Part shown: positions 1 to 10,623 of the stretch, in pieces | Layout of the letters: every line of letters starts with the position of its first letter | Numbering within the stretch: position 1 is the stretch's first letter | Source: Candidatus Aminicenantes bacterium | Lineage (GTDB): Bacteria > Acidobacteriota > Aminicenantia > Aminicenantales > Saccharicenantaceae | NCBI GenBank assembly: GCA_963843505.1 | Contig: CAWJKR010000009.1 | Location: 102,506-166,505, forward strand | Length of the DNA: 64,000 nt | Reading direction: 5' to 3' | Translations under genes and position numbers: made by a program | The notes under the pieces: model-generated | Told to the model about the DNA's origin: nothing | Database searches by the model: none | What the model saw: the letters and a program-made list of their open reading frames with translations, nothing else

Positions 1-1960
1 CGGCCGGCGCCAGGGCGCTGACGCCGCCCGTCGTCAACGCCGTCCTCGGCGGGATCGAATGGGCGCCGGACGGGCGCCGCATCGTCGTCCCGCTCGTCCC
101 GGAGGGCCGCGGCCCGGCCCCCGTCGCGCCGCGCGTCCCCGTCGGCCCCGAGATCCAGGTCTCGGGCGGCGCGGAAGCCAAGGCCGCGACCTACCAGGAC
201 CTCCTCAAGAACGCCTTCGACGAGGTCCTCTTCGACTATTACGCGACGTCCCAGATGGCCGTCGTCGATGTCGCCGCGGGCGACGTTCGCAAGATCGGCA
301 AGACCGGGATCTTCGATTCGATCTCGGTCTCGCCGTCGGCGGAATACCTGCTCGTCGGGCGGATCAAGCGGCCCTATTCGTATTCCCTGCCCGCGGACGG
401 CTTCGCGCACTCGATCGAGGTCTGGGACATGGGCGGCGCCCTCGTCAAGATCGTCGCCGACCTGCCCACGGAGGAGGGCGTCCCCATCAACGGCGTCCCC
501 AAGGGCCCGCGCAACATCAACTGGATGACCCACAAGCCGGCGACCCTCGTCTGGACCGAGGCCCTCGACGAAGGCGACCCGAAGAAGGACGCGCCCTTCC
601 GCGACCGGTTCCAGACGCTCGACGCCCCGTTCGCGGGCGAACCGAAAGAGATCCTCAAGCTCAAGGAGCGGGCCGCCGGGATCTCGTATTTCGCGACGCC
701 GGGCAAGGTCCTGGCTTCCCAGAGCGAATGGAAGAGGAGCTGGCGAACGACCTTCCTCGTCGATCTCACGAATCCCGCCGCCGAACCGGTCAAGATCTGG
801 GACCTCGAGCACGCGGGACCGGTACAACGACCCCGGCCGGCCGGTGACGACGAGCCTCAAGACCGGCGAGCGGGTCATCCTCCAGGACAAGGACTGGATC
901 TATCTCTCCGGGGCGGGCTCTTCGCCCAAGGGCGACCATCCCTTCCTCGACCGCATGAACCTCAAGACGATGAAGGTCGAGCGGCTCTGGCAGTGCCAGG
1001 ACCCGGCCTATGAGACCTTCGTCGATTTCGCCGGCGCCTCGCGGACGAAGTTCATCACCAGCTACGAGACGGTGACCGATCCGCCGAACTACTATCATGT
1101 ACGACCTCCGCTCGAAGAAGCGGACGCCCCTGACCGACTTCAAGGACCCCGCGCCCCAGCTGACCGGGATCAAGAGGGACCGCATCACCTACAAGAGGGC
1201 CGACGGCCTCGAGCTCAGCGGCACGCTCTACCTGCCCGCCGGGCCATCAGCCGGGCACGCGCCTGCCCGTCGTCATCTGGGCCTATCCCATGGAGTACGA
1301 CAGCGCGGCCGACGGCCGGACAGGTCCGGGGCTCGGTCAACCGGTTCACGTTCTTCCGCGGGACGTCGCAGCTGTTCTTCGTCACCCAGGGCTACGCCGT
1401 CCTCGACAACGCCGAGATGCCCGTCGTCGGGACCCCCGAGACGGTCAACGACACCTTCGTCCAGCAGATCGTCTCCAACGCCGAGGCGGCCATCCGCAAG
1501 CTCGACGAGATGGGCGTCGGCGATCCGAAGCGGGTCGGGGTCGGCGGCCACAGCTACGGCGCCTTCATGACGGCCAACCTGCTCGCCCACTGCGACCTCT
1601 TCGCCGCCGGGATCGCCCGCAGCGGCGCCTACAACCGGACCCTGACCCCGTTCGGGTTCCAGAGCGAGCGGCGGACCCTGTGGGAAGCGCCGGAGACCTA
1701 CATCAAGATGTCGCCGTTCATGAACGCCGACAAGATCAAGGACGCCCATCCTGCTCATCCACGGCATGGCCGACAACAACTCCGGCACGTTCCCCATCCA
1801 GTCCGAGCGGCTGTTCGCCGCCCTGAAGGGCTTCGGGGCGACGGCGCGGTTCGTCTATCTGCCCTACGAAAGCCACGGCTATTCGGCGCGCGAATCGGTC
1901 CTCGACGTCCTGGCCGAGATGTTCGAATGGTTCGACAGGTACGTGAAGAACAGAAAGTGA
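1..1960 (+). CDS. Prolyl oligopeptidase / dipeptidyl peptidase (S9) family serine peptidase; 5'-partial, frame broken by several 1-nt indels
   Basis: Recognisable sequence runs through three + frames (track ORFs 255-1013, 844-2103, 1097-1570, 1766-1960). GGHSYG nucleophile elbow at about nt 1545. PILLIHGMADNN (Asp) and YESHGY (His) near the C-terminus. Stop TGA at 1958-1960. Confidence 0.7.
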
Positions 1961-1967
1961 ACAACGG

Positions 1968-2002
1968 ATATCCACAGACTTTGTGCATAACCCTGTGGAA
2001 AA
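1968..2002. promoter_or_regulatory. Cluster of three DnaA-box-like 9-mers in the AT-rich spacer upstream of surE
   Basis: ATATCCACA (1968-1976, 8/9 to TTATCCACA). TGTGCATAA (1982-1990, reverse complement TTATGCACA, fits TTWTNCACA). TGTGGAAAA (1994-2002, reverse complement TTTTCCACA, fits TTWTNCACA). Confidence 0.3.
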
Positions 2003-2099
2003 ACGCGGAAAGGGATATTCTAAGAGCTTGTCAGACGCTGAGTTTTGATGAATTGCACAAGAGGTTGTGCAGCGCGCCGCTCGGCGTGAGGAGAGAGCG

Positions 2100-2981
2100 A
2101 TGAGGAAGCGGCGGCTTCGCGGCCTGGGGACCGTCGTCCTGGCCCTCGCATTCGCGGCGGCGTGCGCCGGGCCTTCGGCGCCGCCGGCCTCGGGGCCCCT
2201 TCGCATCCTGGTCACGAACGACGACGGCATCGAAGCGAAAGGGATCGCGGTCCTGGCGGAGGCCCTCCGCGCGCTGGGAGAGGTGACGGTCGTCGCGCCG
2301 GAAAGCGGGCGCTCGGGATCGAGCCACGGCGTGACCTCGGAGCATCCCATCCGCGTCAGGGAGGCCGACCGCGAGGGGAGGCGCTGGATCGCCGTCGACG
2401 CCCTGCCGGCGACGTGCGTCCGCCTGGCCGTCGAGCGGCTCCTCCCCGTCCGGCCCGACCTCGTCGTCTCGGGCATCAACCGGGGCGAGAACCTGGGAAC
2501 GGTCACGTTCTATTCGGCCACGGTCGGGGCGGCCCGGGAGGCGGCCTTCCTCGGCATCCCCTCGATCGCCGTCAACCTCGCGGCCTCGGAAGACATGGAC
2601 TACGGCCCGGCCGCCGCGGTGACGGCCGCGGTCGTCCGGGCGCTCGGCCGGAACGGGATCGCCCGGGGGACCTTCCTCAACATCAACGTCCCGGCCCTCC
2701 CCCTGGAGCGGCTGAGAGGCGTGCGGATGACGCGTCAGGACACCCGGGCGCCGGTCGACTTCTTCGAAAAGGAGGCCGGCCCCGACGGGTCCGCGGTCTA
2801 CAAGCCCCGCTGGGAGCACCTCGAGCCGGGCGCGGAGGGCACCGATATCTGGGCCGTTCGCAACGGCTACGTTTCGGTGTCGGTGTTCGGCTTCGACCAA
2901 TCGGCCGCCGCGCCGCCCGCCGCCGCCCTGGCCCTCAGGCGCCTCGAATCCCTCCTCATTGACTTCAAGGGGGTTCGCTAG
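2100..2981 (+). CDS. surE: 5'/3'-nucleotidase SurE with an N-terminal lipoprotein-type signal
   Basis: LRILVTNDDGIEAKGI...VVAPESGRSGSSHGVT is the typical SurE N-terminus. It is preceded by MRKRRLRGLGTVVLALAFAAAC (lipobox-like). AGGAGAG lies upstream of the ATG at 2100. Confidence 0.85.
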   Translation: MRKRRLRGLGTVVLALAFAAACAGPSAPPASGPLRILVTNDDGIEAKGIAVLAEALRALGEVTVVAPESGRSGSSHGVTSEHPIRVREADREGRRWIAVDALPATCVRLAVERLLPVRPDLVVSGINRGENLGTVTFYSATVGAAREAAFLGIPSIAVNLAASEDMDYGPAAAVTAAVVRALGRNGIARGTFLNINVPALPLERLRGVRMTRQDTRAPVDFFEKEAGPDGSAVYKPRWEHLEPGAEGTDIWAVRNGYVSVSVFGFDQSAAAPPAAALALRRLESLLIDFKGVR

Positions 2982-3014
2982 TAGGATTGCCGTATCGGTT
3001 CCGGGGGAACGGCA

Positions 3015-5501
3015 TTGACCAAATGCCCTCAGTGTTCGGGGGAAAACGCGGACACCCAGCGCTTCTGCGGGGATTGCGGCACTCCGCTCGCGGGCGAACT
3101 TCGGCCTAAAACGCCAGTCCCCGCCGCCGACGAGACCCTCTCGCTCCCCTCGCTCGGCCTCGATGCCGGCGAGCTGTTCGCCCGCCGCTACCAGGTGGTC
3201 GAAGAGCTGGGCATGGGCGGGATGGGCCGCGTCTACCGCGTCCTCGACAAGAAGCTCAACGAAGAGATCGCCCTCAAGGTCATCCGTCCCGACGTGGCCT
3301 CGGACCGCGGCATCATCGCGCGCTTCTCGTCCGAGCTCAAGCTCGCCCGCCAGGTCGTCCACAGGAACGTCGCCCGCACGTTCGACCTCAACGAGGAGCG
3401 CGGCGTCCCCTACATCACCATGGAGTACGTCAAGGGCGAGGACCTGAAGCGCCTCATCCGCAAGGTCGGACGCCTGTCCCCCGGCCAGGCCGTCCCTATC
3501 GCCTGCCAGATCTGCGACGGGCTCGCCGAAGCCCATCGCCTGGGCATCGTCCATCGCGACCTCAAGCCCCAGAACGTCATGATCGACGAGGAGGGCCAGG
3601 CGAAGATCATGGACTTCGGGCTGGCCCGCCTGCTCGCCCAGGACGGCCGGGACGGGCCTGGGCGCCCGGAGCGGCACGCCGGCCTATGTCTCGCCCGAAC
3701 GGATCGAGGGCAGGCCCGCGGACGCGCGGGCGGACCTCTATTCCCTGGGCGTTCTCATGTACGAGATGCTGACCGGCCGTACGCCGTTCAAAGCGGAGAG
3801 CCTCGGAGAGCTCCTCGACATGCACCTCCACGAAATCGCCGCGGGACCCGCGCGAGCTCAATCCCGGCATCCCGGCCGAGCTCGGCGCGGTCGTCATGAA
3901 ATGCCTGGAGAAGGACCCTGTCCGGAGATATCAGAGCGCGACGGAAGTGCGGGAAGCCCTCGGCTGCCTGACGGAGGGCGTCGCCGCGTCGGGGCCCGGG
4001 AAGCGGAGCTGGCTCCCGGTCGCGGGAGCCGCCGTCGTGCTGGCGATCGCCGTCGCGGTCGTTCTCCTCGTCGCGCCGCCGGACTCATGGAAGCGCTCCG
4101 TGGCCGTCCTGCCCATCGAGGACACCGGAATGGAGGCGGCCAACGCGAATTTCCTGGCCGGTCTGCAGAGAGAGATCACCGCCCGGCTGGCGGGGATCTC
4201 CAACCTGCGTGTCGTGCCCGAGTTTTCGGTGAATTCCTACGATCTCAAGGGCAAGCCCTTGCCGGAGATCGGGAAGATGCTCGGGGCCCGCTATCTCGTC
4301 AGGGTGACGCTGGCCATCGAGGGCAACAAGGCCGACGCCAGCATCTACGTCATCGAGGCCGCGAAGGACGCGAGCCCCGAGCCGATGACCTACACCAAGG
4401 ACCTCTCCGGCTATCGCGCCCTGCAGGACGATATCGCCGGCCTGATCGCCAAGGCCCTCGGCGTCGATCTCGCCCCGGAACAGCTGAAGAGGCTCCGCCG
4501 TCGGGGGACGGACAACATCGAGGCTTACGGCCTGTTCCTCGATGGAACGAAGGTCCTTAACGAAGCGGACAGCGTGGAGGACGTCCGGCTGGCCATCGCG
4601 ACGCTGGGCCGGGCGGTCGAGATCGACCCGAACTACGCCTTGGGCCATTGGGGGCTCGGCTATGGCTACGAGCATCTCTATTACCGCGCGGAGAGCGCCA
4701 AGGACCCCGCGGTCCTGGAGAAGATGTTCGAACATCTCAATCAGGCCTCCCAGCTGGACCCGTCGTTCGCCGAGACGAACCTCGGCCTCGGCTGGTACTT
4801 TTTCAACAAGGGCGACAATGCGCGGGCCTTCGGGTCCTTCCGCAAGGCCTTGAAGCTCGAGCCCGACAGCGACATCGTCAATCGCGACTCCGGCGCGTTC
4901 CTGATGAGCATCGGTCTTTATGACCAGGCCATCCGGTACCTGGCCAAGGCGGCCAAGCTTTCGCCCCGCGATCCGCTGCCCTTGACGCAGATCGCCCAAT
5001 GCTGGCTTTTCCTGGGCCGCTGCGAGAGGGCCCTGACCTATACCGGGAAAGCGCTCGCCCTCCGGGAGAGCGACCCCGAGGCCGGCATCATCCATACGGT
5101 CCTCCTGCTCCTGTCCGGACGATCGGACGAGGCGGACCGCCAGATCAGGTCCATGGAGCGCTTCAAATTCAGCCCCGACAGACTCCCGTTCCTCCGGGAG
5201 GCCGCGGCGGCTTTGCGGGAGGGCCGGGGAAAGCCCTACATCTTCCGCGCCGAGCGGCCGGCGCTGACCCCGCAGGGAACGTACATCTATCTCTCATTCG
5301 GCATGAAGGACGAGGCCCTGGCCAATATCGAGGCCGGGATCGAGAAGGGGCTCTTGAACGGCATGTACCACTACTCTTATCCCTCGCTCATCAGGAATCC
5401 CCTGGTACGAGGACCTCCGGGGCGATCCTCGCTTTCAGGCCATCGTCAAGCGGCAAAAAGAGCTCTATGACAAAGAGCTCAAGGCGTTCGAAAAACTTTA
5501 A
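3015..5501 (+). CDS. Ser/Thr protein kinase: N-terminal zinc ribbon, one TM segment, C-terminal TPR region; three apparent frameshifts (~3640, ~3845, ~5400)
   Basis: CPQCSGENADTQRFCGDCG zinc ribbon. HRDLKPQNVMI and DFGLARL motifs. TPAYVSPE and MKCLEKDPVRRY continue in other frames. TM segment WLPVAGAAVVLAIAVAVVLLV. TPR-like repeats up to a stop at 5499-5501 after a final shift. TTG start at 3015. Confidence 0.8.
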
Positions 5502-5515
5502 AAGAGGAGGGAACC

Positions 5516-6082
5516 ATGGAAAGCTCAAAAGCTACCAGGAGCTGGGGGACGGCGGCCTTGATCCTCGCGGCGGTCGTCTGCATCGCCGCGGCGGCCCTGT
5601 CGGTCACGAACGCGGCCAGGGCCCAAACGGGCCCGTCGTGCTGTCCGAGCGTGATCATTCAGTGGCAGCCGCAGTCGGTCCTCGAGACCATGTTCAGGGC
5701 CAGGATCCTCGAGGACAACAAGGCCATCATGAACGGCCTGCAGGCACTGGCGATCATCCCGGACTTGACCGTCGCCGAAAATGATGGAAGCGATCGGCCA
5801 TACGTATCTCAGGCGCCTCATCTTTGGATGAACGGCAAGTGGATCGACGAATGGCCGGCTGTCCTGGATGCGCTCAAGGGCATCATTCACAAGGACAGTC
5901 GGATCTCCATCAATTCCGTCTCCGCCGTCATCGAGTATCAGACCTACGACCAGGTCCTGAAGCCCGGGGCCGCCGCGGACATCGACGCCCGGGTGACGGT
6001 CACGATGACGTTCTCGGCCAGCCCCGGCGACAACATCCTCAAGGGCGAGCTCAAGCACAGTCGGGTCTGCGAGATCATCTGA
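5516..6082 (+). CDS. Hypothetical secreted protein
   Basis: AGGAGG lies 6 nt upstream of the ATG. Signal-peptide-like N-terminus (WGTAALILAAVVCIAAAALSVTNAARA). Intact 188-aa frame. No family recognised. Confidence 0.6.
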   Translation: MESSKATRSWGTAALILAAVVCIAAAALSVTNAARAQTGPSCCPSVIIQWQPQSVLETMFRARILEDNKAIMNGLQALAIIPDLTVAENDGSDRPYVSQAPHLWMNGKWIDEWPAVLDALKGIIHKDSRISINSVSAVIEYQTYDQVLKPGAAADIDARVTVTMTFSASPGDNILKGELKHSRVCEII

Positions 6083-6090
6083 ACGGCGCG

Positions 6091-6276
6091 TCAGCGGGTG
6101 ACGAGCCAGTAGACGAAAGCGGCGAGATAGGCGACGAAGAGAACGGCGGTCACGACGTTGACGGTGTCGTTGATCCGCTTCATCACCGGGAGGGACCGCC
6201 GGCGGCCGCGCGTGTTGAGCTTGGGCAGGACGTAGAGAAGCGCGATGGCCAGGAGCGGGACGAGCCACTTTCTCAT
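6091..6276 (-). CDS. Small two-TM membrane protein, hypothetical
   Basis: 61 aa with two hydrophobic helices (LVPLLAIALLYVL and VVTAVLFVAYLAAFVYWLV). No family recognised. Confidence 0.4.
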   Translation of the reverse strand: MRKWLVPLLAIALLYVLPKLNTRGRRRSLPVMKRINDTVNVVTAVLFVAYLAAFVYWLVTR

Positions 6277-6314
6277 CGACAGGGATTATCGCCGCAAAGC
6301 CGGCGACAGGCAAG

Positions 6315-6998
6315 TCAGCGCTGGAACTTGTAGCCCAGCCACGGCACCGTGACCAGGTGCTTCGGCGCGGCCGGGTCGTCCTCGATCTTGCGCCGCAGGT
6401 TGTACATGAACGTGTCGATCGTCCGCGTCGTCGGAAATTTCTCGTAATCCCAGACCTTGTTGAGGATGGTCTCCCGGGAGACGACCTGGCCCTCGCAGCC
6501 GGCGAGGAGCCGGAGCAGGCTGAACTCGCGGGCGGTCAGGTGGAGGTCGTTCCCGGCCTTGGTCGCGATCTTCTTCCGGAAATCGATATTCACGCTCCCG
6601 AAGATGAGGTCCTCGATCTCCGGGATCTCGGGCTTCGACCGCCGCAGGATGGCGTGGACCCGGGCGATGAACTCGTCGGTGCCGAAGGGCTTGGTCATGT
6701 AGTCGTCGCCGCCGAGCTCGAGCCCGAGGACCTTGTCGATCTCCTTCTTCTTCTTCCCGGACAGGACGATGACCGGGACCTGGCGCCCGGCCTCGCGGAG
6801 GCTCCGGCAGACCTCGAGCCCGGTCATGGCCGGCATGACGACGTCCATCACGATGAGGTCGAAGGCCCCCTTGAGCGCCTTGTTCAGGCCCTCCCGGCCG
6901 TCCCCGGCCTCCGCCACGCCGTAGCCCTCGGCCTCCAGGGCCGCCGCCAAGGTCTGCCGCAGGACGCGGTCGTCGTCGATGATGAGGATCTTTTTCAT
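6315..6998 (-). CDS. OmpR/PhoB-family response regulator
   Basis: MKKILIIDDD...DLIVMDVVMP receiver domain. C-terminal winged helix (LTAREFSLLRLL...LGYKFQR). It is the 3' tail of the spurious 1024-aa track ORF 6315-9389. Confidence 0.9.
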   Translation of the reverse strand: MKKILIIDDDRVLRQTLAAALEAEGYGVAEAGDGREGLNKALKGAFDLIVMDVVMPAMTGLEVCRSLREAGRQVPVIVLSGKKKKEIDKVLGLELGGDDYMTKPFGTDEFIARVHAILRRSKPEIPEIEDLIFGSVNIDFRKKIATKAGNDLHLTAREFSLLRLLAGCEGQVVSRETILNKVWDYEKFPTTRTIDTFMYNLRRKIEDDPAAPKHLVTVPWLGYKFQR

Positions 6999-7000
6999 GG

Positions 7001-9389
7001 TCACCGCCTTCCGGGAAATTTCAGGGTCAAGGTCGTTCCGCGCCCCGGGACGCCCGCGACGGCGATCGCGCCGCCGTGGGCGTCCATGATGTGCTTGACG
7101 ATCTTCAGCCCCAGCCCGACGCCCTTCGGGTCGTGCCGGGCCGCTTCGGGGGCGCGATAGAAGGCCTCGAAGACGCGTTCGCGGTCTTCGGGCGCGATGC
7201 CGATGCCGTTGTCGCTGACGCTGATCTCGGCCCCGTCCGCCGTCGCGGCGAGCCGGACGGCGACGCGCTTCCGGCCGGCGCTGTACTTGACGGCGTTGTC
7301 GATCAGGTTGAACAGGGCCTGGCGGACCGCGTCGGGGTCGGCCTCGACCGGGACGGGCCCGTCCGGCGTCTCGACCTCGAGGTCCAGGTCCTCCTCCGCC
7401 GCGGCCGACCGGACGACCTCGGCGACGCCCGCGACGACGGGCTTGAGGTCGACCGTCCGGATCTCGTAGCGCTTGGAGTCCTGCTCGATGCGCCCGAAAT
7501 CGAGGACGTTGTGGAGGTAGCGGCCGAGCCGGCCGCACTCGCCGGCCATGAGCTCGAGGAGATGGTCCCGCCGCGACGCGTCGGCCACCTTGCCCGACTT
7601 GAGGAGCTCGGAGATCGCCTGGAGCGACGTCATCGGCGTCCTCAGCTCGTGGGACACCGAGGAGATGAATTCCGTCTTCAGCCGGCCGATCTCCTCGAGC
7701 TTCTCGCGGGAGGCCCGCTCGTAGATGACTTCCTCCTGGAGACGGATCCGGCGCAGCGCGGCCGACGACTCCGCGGCCAGGGTCCGCAGGAGCTCCCGGT
7801 CCTGGTCGCTGAACTCCAGTCCCGATCTCTTCGGGCCGATGAAGATCCAGCCGGCCGGCCCGGCGTCGCCGAGAGGGACGGGCAAGGCCGTGGCGAAACC
7901 GTTGCGTCTCGAGCGTCTCGGGCGGAAGCGGCGCGCCCGAGCCGGAGGGCGCGGCCAGCCGGGCGGCGATATCGTCGTCGATCCCGCTCCGGAGGGCGAG
8001 CCCCGAGCTCCCCCGCCCCGCGGCCGGGATGAAGGCGCCGGTCTTTTCGACCGGCAGGATGTCGGCCAGCGTCTCGGAGAGGCGGTCCAGCAGGTCCCGG
8101 TCGCTGTGGGCCCTTTCGGCCGCCTCCGTGAATCCGAGAACGGCCCGGCGGTAGTCGTAGCTCTTGCGGAAGAAGGCCCGGTCGACCGCGACCTGGAGCC
8201 GGGACCGGGCGGGCGCGAAGACCAGGGCGGCGATGAAGGCCGAACCGACGGGGATCCACCGTCCGCCCGCTCCCGAGCTCGCGGAGAAGAGCGCCTTGAG
8301 CCCTTCGATCGAGGCCAGGTAGACGCCGACCGTGACCATCGTCAGGAGCGAATAGACGACGCCGCGGTTGATGATCAGGTTGATGTCGAGGAGCTTGTAC
8401 TTCAGGATGGCGAAGGCCAGGGCCAGGGGAAGGACGGCGAAGAAAGCGCTGGCCGCCTCCTCGTTGAGGAGAGGGCGCCATCCGGCCGCGATCGGCAGGG
8501 AGTAGAGGAGCATGAACGGGCCGAGGCCGGCGACCATGCCGTAGAAGACCCAGCGGACCTGGTCCCGCTTTTCGCGGGAGGGCGCGGCCCGGAGGGCCCG
8601 GAAGAGCGTGACGAGCGCCGCGACGCAGACGGCGGCGAAGAAGATCCGGAAGACGCCGAAGTGGACTCTCAGGCGGAAGATCTCGATCGAGGGCCGGAGG
8701 AGCCCGGCGACGAGAACGGCGCTGAAGAAGCCGCCGAAGAGAAGGGAGACGATCCAGAGGAACGGCCCTCCGGGAAGCCGCTCGCGGTCCGTGAACGTCC
8801 GGACGAACCTGAGCAGGCCGACCGGGGTCAGCGTATAGGCGAAGAAGAACAGGACGCCCGGGACGAGATGCAGGGGCCGGCCTTGGACGCCGTACCATTC
8901 CCCGCTGATCATCACCGCCGAGGAAAAAGCCATGCTCAGCCAGTAGAACACGCGCGCCCGCCGGTCCCCGGGGCGCAGGATGAAGACGCCGAAGCCGATC
9001 AGGAAGCCGAAGACGCCGGTCAGGAGAAAGATGTAAGGCATGCCCCCTTTCTCATAGTAGGGCACGAGCCGTTCGGTCACCGCCAGCTCCCGGCCGTCCT
9101 TGGCGACGACGAACTCGATCGGATCGCCGATCCGGTGATGGGCGGCGATGAACTTGAAATCGGACTTGCGGTCGCGGACCTCGAAGCCGTCGATCTTGAC
9201 GACGTCGGGGGGCAGGAGGTCGGGATCTTGGCCGCGCGGCAGGGCGACGCCCGTCGCCCGCTCGATCGCTTCCCGCGGGACGGCCGGCCGGCGGAGCAGG
9301 CCGGCGAAGCCCAAAACGCTCACGGCAAGGATGAGGATCCCGGCACAGAGAGAAAAATAGAAGCCCGCTTTGCGGCGTCCCACGTTCAT
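7001..9389 (-). CDS. Multi-TM sensor histidine kinase; one apparent frameshift near 7890
   Basis: N-terminal region has many TM helices. H-box [11 protein letters not shown]-box [10 protein letters not shown]-boxes DNGIGI / GVGLGL. Stop is 2 nt upstream of the response-regulator start. Confidence 0.85.
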
Positions 9390-9455
9390 CCAGTTCCCCG
9401 TCTGGGCGGATTATATCCGAGTCAACAGCGCCATTACAAGCTCAAGCCCGCGGGC

Positions 9456-9484
9456 TTGAACGCCGGCGCGGGGCGTGCTATCTT
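9456..9484 (+). promoter_or_regulatory. Putative sigma70-type promoter for fbp
   Basis: TTGAAC, 17-nt spacer, TATCTT. The -35 overlaps the palindrome AAGCCCGCGGGCTT. Confidence 0.35.
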
Positions 9485-9523
9485 TGGGTCTCCCCCAAGG
9501 AACCAAAAGGACAAGGAGACGAC

Positions 9524-10549
9524 ATGGCCGACCACTCGGACCCCTCTCCCATCATCACCATCGAGCGCCACATCCTCGACGAGCAGGCCTTCCACCCCGA
9601 GGCCACGGGCACGCTGACCAACATCCTCTACGACCTGGCCCTGGCCGGCAAGGTCATCGCCAGCAAGACGACGCGGGCCGGCCTGGCCGAGATCCTCGGA
9701 CGCACGGGAGAGACCAACGTCCAGGGCGAGACGGTCATGAAGCTCGACCGCTTCGCCGACCTCACCGTCACGCGGCTGACGGACCACACCGGGCGGCTGG
9801 CCGGCCTGGCCTCCGAGGAGAACGCCGAGATGCTGCGGATCCCCGACCGGTACCCGATGGGCAAGTATCTCCTCGTCTTCGACCCGCTCGACGGCTCCTC
9901 GAACGTCGATTTCAACATGCCCGTGGGCACGATCTTCGGCATCTACAGGCGGAAGAAGGATTCCGGCCCGCTCGACGAATCCGAGTTCTTCCAGCCCGGC
10001 CGCAACCTCGTCGCCGCCGGCTACATCGCCTACGGGACGAGCACGATGTTCGTCTACACGGCGGGCCACGGCGTCCACGGCTTCACCCTCGATCCGTCGG
10101 TCGGGGAGTTCCTGCTGTCCCACCCGAACATCACCATCCCCAAGGCCAAGTATTTCAGCGTCAACCTCGGCTATCAGATGTACTGGAGCCAGGGCGTCCA
10201 GCGCTACACCGAATACCTCCAGGGCCGCGAAGGCGGCGTCAAGGGCCTGTCCCTTCGCTACATCGGGACGCTCGTCTCGGATTTCCACCGCAATCTCCTC
10301 GCCGGCGGCGTCTTCTACTATCCCGCCGATTCGAAGGACCCCAAGGCCCCGACCGGAAAGCTGCGCCTCCTTTACGAGGCCGGGCCGCTCGCCTTCGTCG
10401 CCGAACAGGCCGGGGGCTACGCTTCGGACGGCAACGGGCCCATCCTCGACCTCACGCCGTCCTCGCTCCACCAGCGGACGCCGCTCTTCATCGGGAACAA
10501 GGACCTCGTCGGCAAGGTCGAGGAGTTCATCCGCGGGCTCGACCGCTGA
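9524..10549 (+). CDS. fbp: Fructose-1,6-bisphosphatase class 1
   Basis: ITIERHIL...TGTLTNIL...[10 protein letters not shown]...GTIFGIY motifs. AAGGAG RBS. Intact 341-aa frame. Confidence 0.9.
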   Translation: MADHSDPSPIITIERHILDEQAFHPEATGTLTNILYDLALAGKVIASKTTRAGLAEILGRTGETNVQGETVMKLDRFADLTVTRLTDHTGRLAGLASEENAEMLRIPDRYPMGKYLLVFDPLDGSSNVDFNMPVGTIFGIYRRKKDSGPLDESEFFQPGRNLVAAGYIAYGTSTMFVYTAGHGVHGFTLDPSVGEFLLSHPNITIPKAKYFSVNLGYQMYWSQGVQRYTEYLQGREGGVKGLSLRYIGTLVSDFHRNLLAGGVFYYPADSKDPKAPTGKLRLLYEAGPLAFVAEQAGGYASDGNGPILDLTPSSLHQRTPLFIGNKDLVGKVEEFIRGLDR

Positions 10550-10623
10550 CGCCGGCCGGCGCGTTCCCGCTTCCCCTGACCTTTGAATTGTGATATTCCT
10601 TCTCGCACCAGGAGGTGCCTCAC

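Noticed and set aside
1961-2066. Calling the DnaA-box cluster a chromosomal replication origin
   Set aside because: There are only three boxes. There is no adjacent dnaA, dnaN or gyrB and no obvious AT-rich 13-mer-type unwinding element. GC skew cannot be evaluated from one window. It is kept only as a possible regulatory or titration site.
2031-3677. Long antisense ORFs throughout the high-GC regions. Examples: 2031-3677, 4085-5095, 7725-9617, 9434-10471, 11350-12339, 27563-28822, 43928-44986, 45189-46349, 57318-58907, 62995-63867.
   Set aside because: All are Arg/Gly/Pro/Ala/Asp-rich and low in complexity. They have no recognisable motifs and lie opposite genes with clear family signatures. 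Stop-codon depletion in GC-rich DNA explains them.
6315-9389. The 1024-aa minus-strand track ORF, which looks like one giant protein
   Set aside because: Only its first ~500 aa (sensor HK N-terminus) and last 227 aa (response regulator) are real. The middle is Arg/Pro/Gly-rich out-of-frame read-through of the kinase catalytic region, whose true frame is ORF 7001-7885.
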